Below, piece after piece: positions 48,226 through 59,086 of a DNA stretch of 64,000 nucleotides. A program made the position numbers and the translations under genes. The stretch is from the NCBI GenBank assembly GCA_016432425.1, contig CP066688.1, positions 84,368-148,367 of the forward strand. Reading direction: 5' to 3'. The notes under the pieces were generated by a model, which had not been told where the DNA came from, ran no database searches, and saw nothing but the letters and a program-made list of their open reading frames with translations. Each line of letters opens with the position of its first letter. The first letter of the stretch is position 1. This DNA comes from Candidatus Daviesbacteria bacterium. Lineage in GTDB: Bacteria; Patescibacteriota; Microgenomatia; Daviesbacterales; UBA10151.

Positions 48226-49484
48226 TTTTTTGAAAAATAGAGATAAAAGAAGTATACAATTAAGCACAAATCCAGTAAAGCGGCAGTTAGTATGGAAAGT
48301 TGGATTACTGTTAATAAGTCAGGATGGATAAACCAGATTAAAGCTATTTGCGCTATGGCAGCGATTAAAAATAATAGTATTATTTTTGTTTTTCCAATGG
48401 ACAGATAAAACTGGGTTATTAGCATTGCGACAGCCAAAAATGCCATAAAAAGAGCAAACCACCACAAAATAGGAGAACCCACCAAATAAGCTGTTCCATA
48501 GAGCAAACCGATAGCTAGCTGAGGAAAAAATAGGTAAAACAATAAGACAATAAGGGAAAAGCCTGTTACCAGGAGTAAACTTAAGTAAAAGATCTTAATA
48601 TAGCCTTCTCCCAAGTGATGTTTTCTGGCGATCACCGGAAACATCACATGAGTTATCGGAGAAGCTCCAAAAAAAACTACTCTGCCCAAAACCGCCAAAG
48701 AAGCATAAATTCCCGCCTCCTCAGGAGGGAAAAAATGTTTGACTAATAAAAGATCCATTGAATACATGGAGGTTAAAGCTAAGCCCTGAATAAAAACAAA
48801 AAATGAGTATTTAAGCAGCGGCAAGATGTTGGGTTTTTTGTCAATACCACCCCTTAGATAGTCTGCAACTGAATATCTGACGATTAAAAAAGCTGCCACC
48901 ACACTAAGCACTAGTGCAGCTACAGTTCCCAGCAGAGCATAACCTAGGAGTATAAAAATAATCGCTAGAATAATTTTAACTGCCGACTCAGCTATTAAAC
49001 TAGTTACATAACTATTGAATCGCAGTAGCCCCTGCAGAATTGATCTGCCAGTAGTAGCAATGATAAAGAAAAAAAGTAATGGTGGCAGCAAATACACTGA
49101 TAATGGTTGTTGCAAATTAAGAAAAGTGGCCAGCGAGTGAGAAAAAAGTAAGGTTAACAAAGAGACTGCAAGTGCTATTTTGACACTCCATCCATAAACC
49201 CATTTAATAAAATCAGCCAAGATTTTTTTCTCTTTATGGGAAGATAGGTATTTAACAATGGTCAGACCGAAAGCTAGTTGAATAATTCCTACAATACCCA
49301 AAATAGAAATTAAAGCAGCTAAATCACTATAAAAAACTTTTCCTAAAAACCTGCCTGATAGAAAATGATAGACGAACTGCCCTAAATTATATAAATTACT
49401 GCCGACTACCATTACCAGGCTGCTGGAAAAAAATGGATTTTTAATTACCAATCTAATTAAATTAATAACTTTAAATTTCATCAT
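48222..49484 (-). CDS. wzx: Wzx-type oligosaccharide flippase
   Basis: About 12 TMs; DLLLVKHF..EEAGIY; MOP-family layout. Confidence 0.8.
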   Translation of the reverse strand: MMKFKVINLIRLVIKNPFFSSSLVMVVGSNLYNLGQFVYHFLSGRFLGKVFYSDLAALISILGIVGIIQLAFGLTIVKYLSSHKEKKILADFIKWVYGWSVKIALAVSLLTLLFSHSLATFLNLQQPLSVYLLPPLLFFFIIATTGRSILQGLLRFNSYVTSLIAESAVKIILAIIFILLGYALLGTVAALVLSVVAAFLIVRYSVADYLRGGIDKKPNILPLLKYSFFVFIQGLALTSMYSMDLLLVKHFFPPEEAGIYASLAVLGRVVFFGASPITHVMFPVIARKHHLGEGYIKIFYLSLLLVTGFSLIVLLFYLFFPQLAIGLLYGTAYLVGSPILWWFALFMAFLAVAMLITQFYLSIGKTKIILLFLIAAIAQIALIWFIHPDLLTVIQLSILTAALLDLCLIVYFFYLYFSKK

Positions 49485-50620
49485 GCCACCCAATATCCCC
49501 TCAAAAATAAGGCTGTTTCAAAGACCAGCCAAAATAAGCTGGCAGTCAACCAGACAATTTTAAGTTTTGGGAAACTTGTCAAAAAAATGGCCAGTATCAA
49601 AAAAGCAGGGAAAAATACCATCACATAACGCGGTACGGAGGATAAGCTTCCCTGTAGGGTAGGTAATAAAAATCCTGCTGCAGCATAGAAGAGATACGAC
49701 CATCTGACTTTTTTAAAAAACCCCAAAATCGGCAGGATAAAAAATAATATCCCGGTAAAAAACTCTAAAATCATGGTTGAATAAATTGGATTAGTAGGAT
49801 CAACGCTAAAAAGTATCTTGAGATAACGAAAGTAAACTTGAGGCAATGGTGTCACTCCTGACTGATGTTGCTCTCCCACTATTTTTTGTAGTTTGTAAAA
49901 AGCTAATGGGTCCCCCACACTGATGTATTGATAATACATATAAGCCAACAGTCCTAAAGGAATAAAAATAATCCACCAGAAATTCTTAAATTTTTCCCGC
50001 TCTTGCCAGGCTTCCAGAAAAAAAGCCGGCAACAACAAAAAACCAAAAACTCTGGTAGCTGAGGCTAAAATTGCGAAAATAGTAGCCCAAACCCAATGTT
50101 TACCTCTGGCAAAATAAAAAGCTGCCAGTGAAACTAATAAGAAGATCGATTCAGAATAAACTGCTCCAAAATAAAAAGAGGTGGGGAAAACTAATAACAA
50201 AAAAATAGTTAAATAAACTATTTTTTTACGGTAATCAATTAATAACAGTTTCCATAATAAAAAAAGTGATAATAAAAACGATAAGTTGGAAATTAATAAT
50301 CCACTGATAGTTAAATTAGTTAAGTTGATACCTACCCCCACAGATAAAATATGCATCAATAACGGATAAATCGGAAAAAAAGCCTGTTCTAATCCTTTAT
50401 AACCGATATTAGCAATTGAAAGATAATGCTCCCCGTCAAAATTAGCCCAGGCAAAAAGCCAAGGAGTATTTAAATAATTCTGCAGTCCTCCACCCAGAAA
50501 ATTTCTTCCCGCCAGCGGCAACTGTAAAGATACAAAAAATACCAGCAGGAGTAGCAGTCTCCAGCTTAAAAAAATCAAAAAAATAACCTTAAAATTACTT
50601 ATCGGCCAAAACTTTTTCAT
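49481..50620 (-). CDS. PIG-V/Gpi18-like GT-C mannosyltransferase
   Basis: WANFDGEHYLSIA..GY....AFFP.YP, YSES.F, ATR..G, S.PRY. Confidence 0.85.
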   Translation of the reverse strand: MKKFWPISNFKVIFLIFLSWRLLLLLVFFVSLQLPLAGRNFLGGGLQNYLNTPWLFAWANFDGEHYLSIANIGYKGLEQAFFPIYPLLMHILSVGVGINLTNLTISGLLISNLSFLLSLFLLWKLLLIDYRKKIVYLTIFLLLVFPTSFYFGAVYSESIFLLVSLAAFYFARGKHWVWATIFAILASATRVFGFLLLPAFFLEAWQEREKFKNFWWIIFIPLGLLAYMYYQYISVGDPLAFYKLQKIVGEQHQSGVTPLPQVYFRYLKILFSVDPTNPIYSTMILEFFTGILFFILPILGFFKKVRWSYLFYAAAGFLLPTLQGSLSSVPRYVMVFFPAFLILAIFLTSFPKLKIVWLTASLFWLVFETALFLRGYWVA

Positions 50621-51662
50621 ATACTTTAATTGTTTCCTGAGCTGTTTTTTCCCAAGAAAATTTTTTAGCCCGCTCTAATCCTAACTGAGACATTTTTTGT
50701 AAGATTGTTTTATCATTTAATACTGCTGTTAAAATATTAACTAACTTGTCCTGATCCCGAGGATCAAAAACTATTCCTGCCTCACCCACCACTTCCGGTA
50801 GGGCTCCGGCATTAGAGGAAATCACCGGGCAGCCACAGGCAAATGCCTGCAGTACGGGAAAACCAAAACCTTCATACAGTGAGGGCTGGATATACAAAGT
50901 AGCTAAATTGTAAAATCCCACCAACTCATCATCACTAATCCACCCTGGCCTAAATACTTTATCTTCCAAACCAAAATCTTTAATTTTTTGGCTGGTTTCC
51001 TTGAGGCTCCTAAGCTCCGGATGGTCAATGTTTTCTACTTTTTTTAAAAAAACTTCCCCAACTAAACTCAATTTTAAATCCGGAAATTTTTCAGTTATTT
51101 TTTTGAAACTGTCAATTAAAAAAGGTAAATTTTTAGAATAATTAGCATCCCCTACAAATAGTAAAAATTTATCCTGTAAATTAAATTTATTTTTAATTTT
51201 TAATTTCTGGGACTCAGATAAAATTTTAAAATCGCGAGAGTAAGCTAAGTAAGTTACTGTAATTTTATTGGGCGGGACAGCTAAATATTTGGTGACATTT
51301 TTTTTCGAATCCTGCGAGTTAACAATAATGGCCTTGCACTCCTGCAAAGACAATTTTTGTAACCATAAATTAATTTTTCCTCGGAGACCTGCCGGAAATC
51401 CTTCTTTAAAAATCAGAGGGATGGTATCATGAATTGTCACCACAGTGGGTTTCTTTTTAAAAAAGGGTAGGGTTCTAAAATAAAAATCAAACCAGGGGTA
51501 ATGGACCAGATCGACATTTGGCGGAGGGTTAATGGTTTCAAATTCCACTACTTTAAGATCTGGATTTTGTTTAAATTGGGCTAACAAATTACTGGTATAA
51601 ACTCCAATTCCTCTATTTTTGTGTCCAGTTTTTAAAGGTAGCGTACAAAAACCTACTGTCAT
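50595..51662 (-). CDS. GT4, MtfB/WbpY-like
   Basis: [29 protein letters not shown]. Confidence 0.9.
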   Translation of the reverse strand: MTVGFCTLPLKTGHKNRGIGVYTSNLLAQFKQNPDLKVVEFETINPPPNVDLVHYPWFDFYFRTLPFFKKKPTVVTIHDTIPLIFKEGFPAGLRGKINLWLQKLSLQECKAIIVNSQDSKKNVTKYLAVPPNKITVTYLAYSRDFKILSESQKLKIKNKFNLQDKFLLFVGDANYSKNLPFLIDSFKKITEKFPDLKLSLVGEVFLKKVENIDHPELRSLKETSQKIKDFGLEDKVFRPGWISDDELVGFYNLATLYIQPSLYEGFGFPVLQAFACGCPVISSNAGALPEVVGEAGIVFDPRDQDKLVNILTAVLNDKTILQKMSQLGLERAKKFSWEKTAQETIKVYEKVLADK

Positions 51663-52528
51663 AATCTTTTTCCTGTTAAATATCGAAAATATGCCCTGGG
51701 AAAACGTAAGGCAGAAAAAAAAGAAAAGATTAGCCCTTGGAAACCGTCCAATATTCCTTTATGACGAAACAAAGTCAGTAAAAACCACCAGCTAGATTTA
51801 ATAAAATAAAAATTGATCAGCTGCCAGATATTTTTCCCCACCTTAGTTTTTTCAAGATCATCAGCAATTAAATTAATATAGCGGCTATTTCTTTTTAAAT
51901 ACCTTTCAAAAGTTGGGTCAGCCATATGATAAAGATCATTTTGCAGCCAGCCTACTTTACCATCAACCGTAATCTGCTCGTGAACATCAAGACAGGGGAA
52001 ATAAGCTTTATTTTTACGGACTAACCTAATCACTCCATCCGGATAAACTCCGCCATAGCGTAAATATTTCCCCAAGAAATAATTTAGACGGGGTATAAAA
52101 AAAGCAGCATATTCCTTTGAACTATCGCCAATGCGGCCATCCCGCTCTTCCAGTAATTTTTGATGCCTCAAAAAGAGTCTCCTATTTTTTAAATCTCGCT
52201 GGTAAATTTCCACCTCTTCATTTGTCATCTCAATTACCTTTCTTATTTCCTGTGCCAAAGCTTTAGAAACTCGCTCATCCGCATCAAGCTGTAAAATCCA
52301 TTCATTTTGAGCCAAATCCAGCGCCTTTTGTTTGTTGATATGAAAAATCGGCGGGTTGTCTTTGATTAAAACTTTGGCTCCAAAGGAGCGGGCAATCTCA
52401 ACTGTTTTGTCAGCAGAGCTTCCGTCTACAATCACAATCTCATCGGTAATTTCTTTAATAGAATTCAGACAAGCCGGCAGATTTTTTTCTTCGTTAAAAG
52501 TGGCCAGGACTACTGATAATTTTTTCAA
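51659..52528 (-). CDS. GT2, WaaE/LgtF-like beta-glucosyltransferase family
   Basis: LDADERVS, YPD..IRL, VHE, LDG..G. Confidence 0.85.
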   Translation of the reverse strand: MKKLSVVLATFNEEKNLPACLNSIKEITDEIVIVDGSSADKTVEIARSFGAKVLIKDNPPIFHINKQKALDLAQNEWILQLDADERVSKALAQEIRKVIEMTNEEVEIYQRDLKNRRLFLRHQKLLEERDGRIGDSSKEYAAFFIPRLNYFLGKYLRYGGVYPDGVIRLVRKNKAYFPCLDVHEQITVDGKVGWLQNDLYHMADPTFERYLKRNSRYINLIADDLEKTKVGKNIWQLINFYFIKSSWWFLLTLFRHKGILDGFQGLIFSFFSALRFPRAYFRYLTGKRL

Positions 52529-54192
52529 AACTGCCCTCCTTCAATCATGACAAAAGCCGGCTCTCCGCTAGGAAAGTCTACCTGATCTAAGATTTTAACA
52601 TTTTTTGGGGATGCCTCACCTGACATGATAAATAAAGTTCCGGGTGAATTTAGCTCTGGCAGAGTTGCTTCATGAAATTCGTATTTGTCAAAAGACCTCA
52701 CCGTCCCAAAATTAAATTGATCCCGGGGAGAAAGTGCTGCTTGGGGCTGATACTTTCTGGGATCGTATTGTTTGTAAAATAACACCAAAATATAGGGCTG
52801 GTCGAAGCGGTCGGTAATTACTACTTTTTCGTATTTACTTTCATATTGATTTAATTTTTGAACCATTTCGGAAAATCCATATTCCCAAGCCAAAGGGTAT
52901 CTTTGAGGATAAATTATGTAATAAGACTGCATAAAACGAACAAATTCAAAAACCAATACAGTCGTAATTAACCCCACCCCTAAAATCCGCCAGTGACTTT
53001 TTAACCAATTAATAGTTTCCCCCATCCCCAACCCCATTATTAAGGTTAAAGGAACGACCAAATTAAGTGCCCGCAGGGCATGAGGAGTCTGGTAAGTCAT
53101 TGCTGAGGCCAGGGGAGCAACCAAAATCCAAATCAGCAGAATTTTTTTATGAGCGAATTGCTTTTTAATTACAGCTATTCCTCCCATTGTTAAAAACAAA
53201 AATTCAATTAAATAAAACTGGCCAACTTCGGGTACTTTATTGCGAATTAGCGGATCACCATTAATAAATAAAAAGCTACCGCTAAAATGGTCCAGGTAAT
53301 GGCCTAAAAATGCCGGAATAAAGGCAGTTAATTTATTGTGCAAAGAAACGCTTAATTTTGACTTAGGGTTCTCATGCTCTCCCCTGAGCTGCTGAATACG
53401 GGAAATAAGTCCTTGGTCAGAGAAAAAAGTGAGCCCGGTGAATCTGGCGCTACCGGTGCCGGAAAGAAATTGCCCGGTTAAAGGCAGCGTCAAAATTAGT
53501 AACAAAACTACTATAATAACCAGCTTAAATTTATATTTTAGTGAAGGGAACCTTCTTTCCTTTAAAAATAAAGATCGCACTGCTTTAATTAGCGGCTGAT
53601 AGTAAAAAATTAATAACATTAACCCCAATACCGGCACTATTAATCTGGGACTTTGGTAGGTATACATCGAAGCCAAAAACGAAATGAGACTAAATAAAAG
53701 TAAGCCATAATTTTTTAAACCTTTGATAAATAGTAATATACCCAAAGTGATAAAAAAGGTAGCTACATTAGTTTCCCAACCTCCCCGGGAAAATTGCAGG
53801 TGCCAGGGGGAAATCGCCAAAAGGAAGGCACTCCAGAGACCAAAAATTTTGTGTTGAAAAATTTCTCTGCCCAGAAGAAAAGTTAGATAAACAGTTAAAA
53901 TCCCCAAAAGGGCTGAAGGGAGCCTGACTGCCCATTCATTTAAACCAAAAAGGGCGACAAATGGCATGACCATATAAAAATACAGGCCTGGTTTCCAGTC
54001 TCCGAAGGATTTAAAAGTCAAAGGAAGAAAACTGCCATATTCATCCTTGCCGGTTTGCAAAAGTGAATAAGCATTGTAACCAATTGAAGCCTCGTCAGCA
54101 TTTAAACCGGCCGGAAAATTATTTAAAGCAACCAGCCGCAAAACTGCTGCCAAGACAATAATTAAAATTAGTATTATTTTTGGTTTAACCAT
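52525..54192 (-). CDS. ArnT/PMT_2-family GT-C, tandem paralog E
   Basis: ADEAS.GYNAYSLL.TGKDEYG, VRLPSA, SPWH..FSR. Confidence 0.9.
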   Translation of the reverse strand: MVKPKIILILIIVLAAVLRLVALNNFPAGLNADEASIGYNAYSLLQTGKDEYGSFLPLTFKSFGDWKPGLYFYMVMPFVALFGLNEWAVRLPSALLGILTVYLTFLLGREIFQHKIFGLWSAFLLAISPWHLQFSRGGWETNVATFFITLGILLFIKGLKNYGLLLFSLISFLASMYTYQSPRLIVPVLGLMLLIFYYQPLIKAVRSLFLKERRFPSLKYKFKLVIIVVLLLILTLPLTGQFLSGTGSARFTGLTFFSDQGLISRIQQLRGEHENPKSKLSVSLHNKLTAFIPAFLGHYLDHFSGSFLFINGDPLIRNKVPEVGQFYLIEFLFLTMGGIAVIKKQFAHKKILLIWILVAPLASAMTYQTPHALRALNLVVPLTLIMGLGMGETINWLKSHWRILGVGLITTVLVFEFVRFMQSYYIIYPQRYPLAWEYGFSEMVQKLNQYESKYEKVVITDRFDQPYILVLFYKQYDPRKYQPQAALSPRDQFNFGTVRSFDKYEFHEATLPELNSPGTLFIMSGEASPKNVKILDQVDFPSGEPAFVMIEGGQF

Positions 54193-55825
54193 CTCCTCTT
54201 TCCACTAATTTAAAGACTTCTTCTCCATTTAGAAATTTAACTCTATTTAAAATATTAAATTCTTTAAACGGCACAATATCTTTATCCGGCAGCTCATCCG
54301 GACTGCCCACAAATAAAGTATTTTTTAGATTTCGATCGGCCGGCCAATAAAGATGACGGAATTCTATCTTGCCGATTTTTTTGACCGTCCCAACATCACT
54401 ACCAAATTGATCCAAATTGTATTGGCCTTGGAAATTTAATCTGTCAGGATTGTAGAATAAATAATAAATATAAGGTTGCCCGTAAACGTCAGTGACTATA
54501 ATTTTTGGATAATTATTTTGAATTTTGTAGACTTGTTCAAATGTTTGCTTGTATCCATACAACCAATAGTTAGAATATTCAACAGGAGCATGCACAAAAT
54601 AACGGTCTAAATAAATAATAAAATTGGAAAGCATGACAACTATGACAACTCCATAAACTAAAGACCGCCAACTTACCCTTAACCTATTGATTAGAGTTAA
54701 TAAATAATACAGCCCGGCCGCTTCCAATATAACATAAGGGACTACCATGTTCAGGGCCCGTAAAATGCTAATCAAATCCCGCGATAATACAGCTGGCAGA
54801 GGTGCTATTAAAAGCCAACCAAATATTAAACCCACTCCCTTTTGATTTTTAAGCAAATGGAATATTCCCAGCGGAATCAATAAGGCACTATAATAGTAAA
54901 AAAATCCCAAGTCCGGAATCCGATGTCTTTCTTCTAAAGTTCCTTTGACAAATAAGGTGGATGGGGAAAAGTAAATGGAATATCGCTCCACAAGTCCCCG
55001 GGCATAACTCCACCACTCTCCATATAGAATTTGAAACTGGGCACTGTTAGCAGGTAACTTACTCTCTAAAGAGAGTTTTTGAATTTCATTCTGAGAACGC
55101 TGATAAGCAAAAAAATTAAAAGTTTTAAGTCTTGTTGCCTGGCCGCTAAAAAGAGTTACCATTAGTAGCAATAAAAAGACTGTTATTACCACAGCTGCCG
55201 GCATTAAACTACGCCAGCGAATTTGACGATAACTGGTTATTACCAAAAGTAGGATAAACAGTGGGACAAACAAACGGGATGCTTGATAAGTAAATAAGGA
55301 TAAACCAAAAATTAAGGCAGAAAAGATGAGCAGTTTTCTGCTCTTTAATCCCTTTAAAAACAAATATGCCCCCAATACATTCATGGTTAAAGCTGCATTT
55401 GCCTCAAAGGCAGCCCGGGAAAATTGCAGGTGCCAGGGGGAAATCGCCAAAGTAAAACTGGCTAACAAACCCAGAGTTTTGTTTTGCAAGAGTTCTTTAA
55501 CCAAAGAAAAAATCAACCAGACTAAGGCTACCCCCAAGATGGCTGAAGGGAGCCTGACTGCCCATTCATTTAAACCAAAGAGGGCGACAAAGGGAACTGT
55601 CAAATAAATATAAGCTGCCGGTTTCCAGTCACCAAAAGATTTTAAGTTGTCAGGTAAGAAATTACCATATTCATCACGGCCAGTTTGGGAAATATCATAA
55701 GCATTAACTCCAATTGAGGCCTCATCCCAAGTCAGCCCCGGAGGATTGGAATTAAGTTGCCAAAATCGCAGTACTACACTGAGTAAAATAATTAGCACTA
55801 AAGAGTATTTTTTAACTAGTTCCAC
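54185..55825 (-). CDS. ArnT/PMT_2-family GT-C, tandem paralog D
   Basis: WDEAS.G.NAY..TGRDEYG, VRLPSA; own TACAAT -10 six nt before the GTG start. Confidence 0.9.
   Translation of the reverse strand: MELVKKYSLVLIILLSVVLRFWQLNSNPPGLTWDEASIGVNAYDISQTGRDEYGNFLPDNLKSFGDWKPAAYIYLTVPFVALFGLNEWAVRLPSAILGVALVWLIFSLVKELLQNKTLGLLASFTLAISPWHLQFSRAAFEANAALTMNVLGAYLFLKGLKSRKLLIFSALIFGLSLFTYQASRLFVPLFILLLVITSYRQIRWRSLMPAAVVITVFLLLLMVTLFSGQATRLKTFNFFAYQRSQNEIQKLSLESKLPANSAQFQILYGEWWSYARGLVERYSIYFSPSTLFVKGTLEERHRIPDLGFFYYYSALLIPLGIFHLLKNQKGVGLIFGWLLIAPLPAVLSRDLISILRALNMVVPYVILEAAGLYYLLTLINRLRVSWRSLVYGVVIVVMLSNFIIYLDRYFVHAPVEYSNYWLYGYKQTFEQVYKIQNNYPKIIVTDVYGQPYIYYLFYNPDRLNFQGQYNLDQFGSDVGTVKKIGKIEFRHLYWPADRNLKNTLFVGSPDELPDKDIVPFKEFNILNRVKFLNGEEVFKLVERGDG
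55496..55615. repeat. 120-bp exact direct repeat, copy 1
   Basis: TTTAACCAAAGAAAAAATC...CAAATAAATATAAGC, identical to 57126..57245. Confidence 0.95.
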
Positions 55826-55841
55826 TATCTAATTGTACAAA

Positions 55842-57449
55842 TTACAGCTCGACGATATCAAATGCCGGATCTCCATTTAAAAATTTAATTTGTTGCAAGA
55901 GTTTTCCTTGATCAAAATTAGTCGGGCTGGTAATTAATAAACACCGCTCAGTTTCTTTACAGTTAGCTTTTTGTTTAACTTCCCAATCGTTAAGGAAGTA
56001 ATATTTGCTGAAACGGTCCACCCAATACCAATCACTACGGAAGTATCTAATTAAATTTGGATCGCTCAAATATTTTGCAGGATCGTATGGCAGATAAAAT
56101 AACAAAAACTCGTGCGGCTCACCGTAAGCTTTAGTCAGGTAAATTTTATGATAATTACTACCTTCTTTTTTAATAAACTCGACTGCTTCTTTATACCCAT
56201 ACTGCCAGGCCCAAGAATAGTTTTTTCTATAACTACCGCTGTAATTTTGCCAAAAGAGGACCAAACTAATTAACAAACCAGCAATTATAATTAAGTTTAA
56301 CCCAATTTTAAATCGGGAAGCCTGGTTGGCTAATCCGGCAACGGCATAAGCACTAATAAATGCTAAAGGTACAGTGGCGGTGAGGCTCCGCAAAGCATGG
56401 GGGGCATCCCGGGTCACCGCTGCCGGAATAAAAGAAAAAAAGAGCCACATTAAAGTAATCCACTGCCATTTTTTTCTTTCTTTTAAAAACAAAAAAACAC
56501 CATAGATTAAAAAAGGTAAGAGCAATGGATAAACCAACCCTATTCCCGGAATACTGAATTGAAAATTAGAGCCACCGTTTAAAAAAAGAAAATTAGGGTG
56601 AAAATGACTAAAATAATTTTGTATTACCTGGGGGATAAAATAAGTTACTTTGTTGTAGACCAAAGTTACGGCAGGAGGGGGCAAAGCAGAACTTCCCCGC
56701 AATTCATTAATCTGATTAATTGCACCTTGGTCTAAAATCGTGGTCCATTTATATCGGGCAGAGGAATCTTGCAACAAAGCCTTAGGCAAAGCCAGTGCAA
56801 AAAAAGTCAAAAAAATAACTAATGACATAACAGTAATTTTTTTATATTTTGCCAGTTGCGGATAATGAATTAACCCTAAACTTAAAACTAGCAGTGGAAT
56901 AATGATCCGGCTGCTATTGTAAGAAAAAATGGTTAAACCAAAAGTAATGGCACTAAACACTAAAAAGTATTTACTCTTTACACCTCTCACAAAAAAATAT
57001 ACCCCTAAAGTAGTTAAAAAAAGTGATAGCTGAGCCTCCAGAGCAATTCGGGATAAAATAATTGGCCAGGGCAGGACAGCAGCTACAAAAGCGGCCCAAA
57101 GAGCGGTTTTTTCTTCGCTCCATTGTTTAACCAAAGAAAAAATCAACCAGACTAAGGCTACCCCCAAGATGGCTGAAGGGAGCCTGACTGCCCATTCATT
57201 TAAACCAAAGAGGGCGACAAAGGGAACTGTCAAATAAATATAAGCCGGCAGTTTATAATCGCCATAAATTCTAAAAGTTAAAGGCATAAACTCTCCCCAT
57301 TCATCCCGTCCGGTTCTTAAAATTGAAGCAGCATTATATCCAATAGAAACTTCATCCCAATTTAATGAAGGCGGCAGCTGTGGTAGCTGCCAAAACCGCA
57401 ACACGGCAGCCAAAATTACAATCATGATTAACAATAATTTTGCTCTCAT
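55842..57449 (-). CDS. ArnT/PMT_2-family GT-C, tandem paralog C
   Basis: WDEVS.GYNA..TGRDEWG, VRLPSA, PHALR. Confidence 0.9.
   Translation of the reverse strand: MRAKLLLIMIVILAAVLRFWQLPQLPPSLNWDEVSIGYNAASILRTGRDEWGEFMPLTFRIYGDYKLPAYIYLTVPFVALFGLNEWAVRLPSAILGVALVWLIFSLVKQWSEEKTALWAAFVAAVLPWPIILSRIALEAQLSLFLTTLGVYFFVRGVKSKYFLVFSAITFGLTIFSYNSSRIIIPLLVLSLGLIHYPQLAKYKKITVMSLVIFLTFFALALPKALLQDSSARYKWTTILDQGAINQINELRGSSALPPPAVTLVYNKVTYFIPQVIQNYFSHFHPNFLFLNGGSNFQFSIPGIGLVYPLLLPFLIYGVFLFLKERKKWQWITLMWLFFSFIPAAVTRDAPHALRSLTATVPLAFISAYAVAGLANQASRFKIGLNLIIIAGLLISLVLFWQNYSGSYRKNYSWAWQYGYKEAVEFIKKEGSNYHKIYLTKAYGEPHEFLLFYLPYDPAKYLSDPNLIRYFRSDWYWVDRFSKYYFLNDWEVKQKANCKETERCLLITSPTNFDQGKLLQQIKFLNGDPAFDIVEL
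57126..57245. repeat. 120-bp exact direct repeat, copy 2
   Basis: Identical to 55496..55615; offset 1630 bp. Confidence 0.95.
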
Positions 57450-59086
57450 TGATTAGTGGGTACTAAACGATACAATATCTTGCCGGAAGGTGAATAAACA
57501 TCCAAAATTGACTGAACCTGAGAGGGAAAATCTTCCGGCTCTGAAACTATCAAGGCATCTTTCCTGAGACTGTCTTTTTTGCGCCAATCTATTCCCTCAA
57601 AATAAAAATTGCCCAAATTCCAACTCTCCAGCTGATCTACATATAATTTATTGGATTTTTCATATCTTAACCAATTCGGGGAAGATTTTTGAAAAACTTT
57701 GGGGTCCATTTTCTCGTAAAAAGCGACAAATATTTGCGGTTCAGTAAAATGTTTAGAGATAACAATCTGGCTGTAGCGATCCTTCACAGATAAAATTTTT
57801 TCAAAGACTGTATCATAACCAAAACGCACATTATCAATTGGTCGTTGAGGTAATTTAATAAAGTAAAAGTGTAAGAAAAAAATAAACTGGGTAAACAGTA
57901 TCACTGTGACAATTCTTCCCCATGGTAAATTGGCAAATTTAGTCTTTAGGTAATCAATTAGACTAGCTGCACCAATCGCCGATATTATAACGGTTAGAGG
58001 GAGAAATGTCGGCACCCGATTAGCATTCAGACTTCCGGTAGCCAAAGCTGCACCTACTGGAGAGACTAAAAACCACCAAATTATTATTTCTTTATTAGCT
58101 AGTTTTTTAAAGAAAATTTCCTTAATAGCAAATATCCAAAAAATAAGCTCTACTGTATAAAGCAGCGCAAACCTGGGAAAATTTAAATAGGTGTTATCCG
58201 GCCTTCCTCCGGTAAAAAAGAAAGTAGGAGAAAAATAAGACAGGTAATTTTCTGTTAAATTATTTTTGATAAATAAAAATTTATTGTCAAAAATTTTATC
58301 TAATAAAGGAGGCAGTGGAGAAGTACCTTTGGATTTAAAATAACTCATGATTTGTTCACTGCTAAAAATTCCTACATCGGAAGCTCTGGTGGAAATGTTT
58401 CCCCAATTAATAAGGAGGGGGGATAAGAAAATAAAAAGACCCAAACTTAAATAAATAATTCGCTTTTTAGATTCTGCCCGCAGAAAAAATGCACCTAATA
58501 TAAACAATACCAGCAAGACTCGAAAAGAGTGGTAGGTATAAAAAGTTAACCCCCAAAATATAATGGTGGGAAGAAAAAATTTGTTTTCTTTTTTTAATTT
58601 TAGAAAAAATAATAACCCCAAACTGAAAGTTAAAATTCCTAATCCACCTTCCCAGGCAGTACGGGAAATTTGTATAGACCAGGGGGAAATAGCCAGCAAA
58701 AATGCTGCCCACAAAGCAATATTTTCTTTTTGGAAAAGTTCCTTAGTTAAAAAATATGCTACCAAAACAGTGAGTATGCCTACCAGGGCAGCAGGTAACC
58801 TGACCGAGACCATGTTCAAATCAAAAATGAGTAGCGAGGGAACTGTTAAATAAGTATAAAGAGGCGGCTTAAAATCTCCAAACCCCCGAGGATTAATCGG
58901 TAAAGTTTCTCCCCATTCATCCTTGCCGGTTTGCAAAAGCGAATAAGCGCTGTAACCTTGTTGAGCTTCATCACCGGTAAAACCATTGGGGAATTTATCC
59001 AAACTAATTAGTCTGACAGCTGCAGCTAAAATAATTATTAACAATAAGATAATTTTACTCGTAGAGAAGATTTGCTTAATTTTCAT
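57446..59086 (-). CDS. ArnT/PMT_2-family GT-C, tandem paralog B
   Basis: GDEAQQGYSAYSLLQTGKDEWG, VRLPAA, SPW..SR. Confidence 0.9.
   Translation of the reverse strand: MKIKQIFSTSKIILLLIIILAAAVRLISLDKFPNGFTGDEAQQGYSAYSLLQTGKDEWGETLPINPRGFGDFKPPLYTYLTVPSLLIFDLNMVSVRLPAALVGILTVLVAYFLTKELFQKENIALWAAFLLAISPWSIQISRTAWEGGLGILTFSLGLLFFLKLKKENKFFLPTIIFWGLTFYTYHSFRVLLVLFILGAFFLRAESKKRIIYLSLGLFIFLSPLLINWGNISTRASDVGIFSSEQIMSYFKSKGTSPLPPLLDKIFDNKFLFIKNNLTENYLSYFSPTFFFTGGRPDNTYLNFPRFALLYTVELIFWIFAIKEIFFKKLANKEIIIWWFLVSPVGAALATGSLNANRVPTFLPLTVIISAIGAASLIDYLKTKFANLPWGRIVTVILFTQFIFFLHFYFIKLPQRPIDNVRFGYDTVFEKILSVKDRYSQIVISKHFTEPQIFVAFYEKMDPKVFQKSSPNWLRYEKSNKLYVDQLESWNLGNFYFEGIDWRKKDSLRKDALIVSEPEDFPSQVQSILDVYSPSGKILYRLVPTNQ

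Noticed and set aside
55496-57245. Diversity-generating retroelement TR/VR pair or CRISPR
   Set aside because: The copies are identical (no adenine-specific mismatches) and both are in-frame in 5' coding regions. There is no reverse transcriptase and no repeat-spacer structure.
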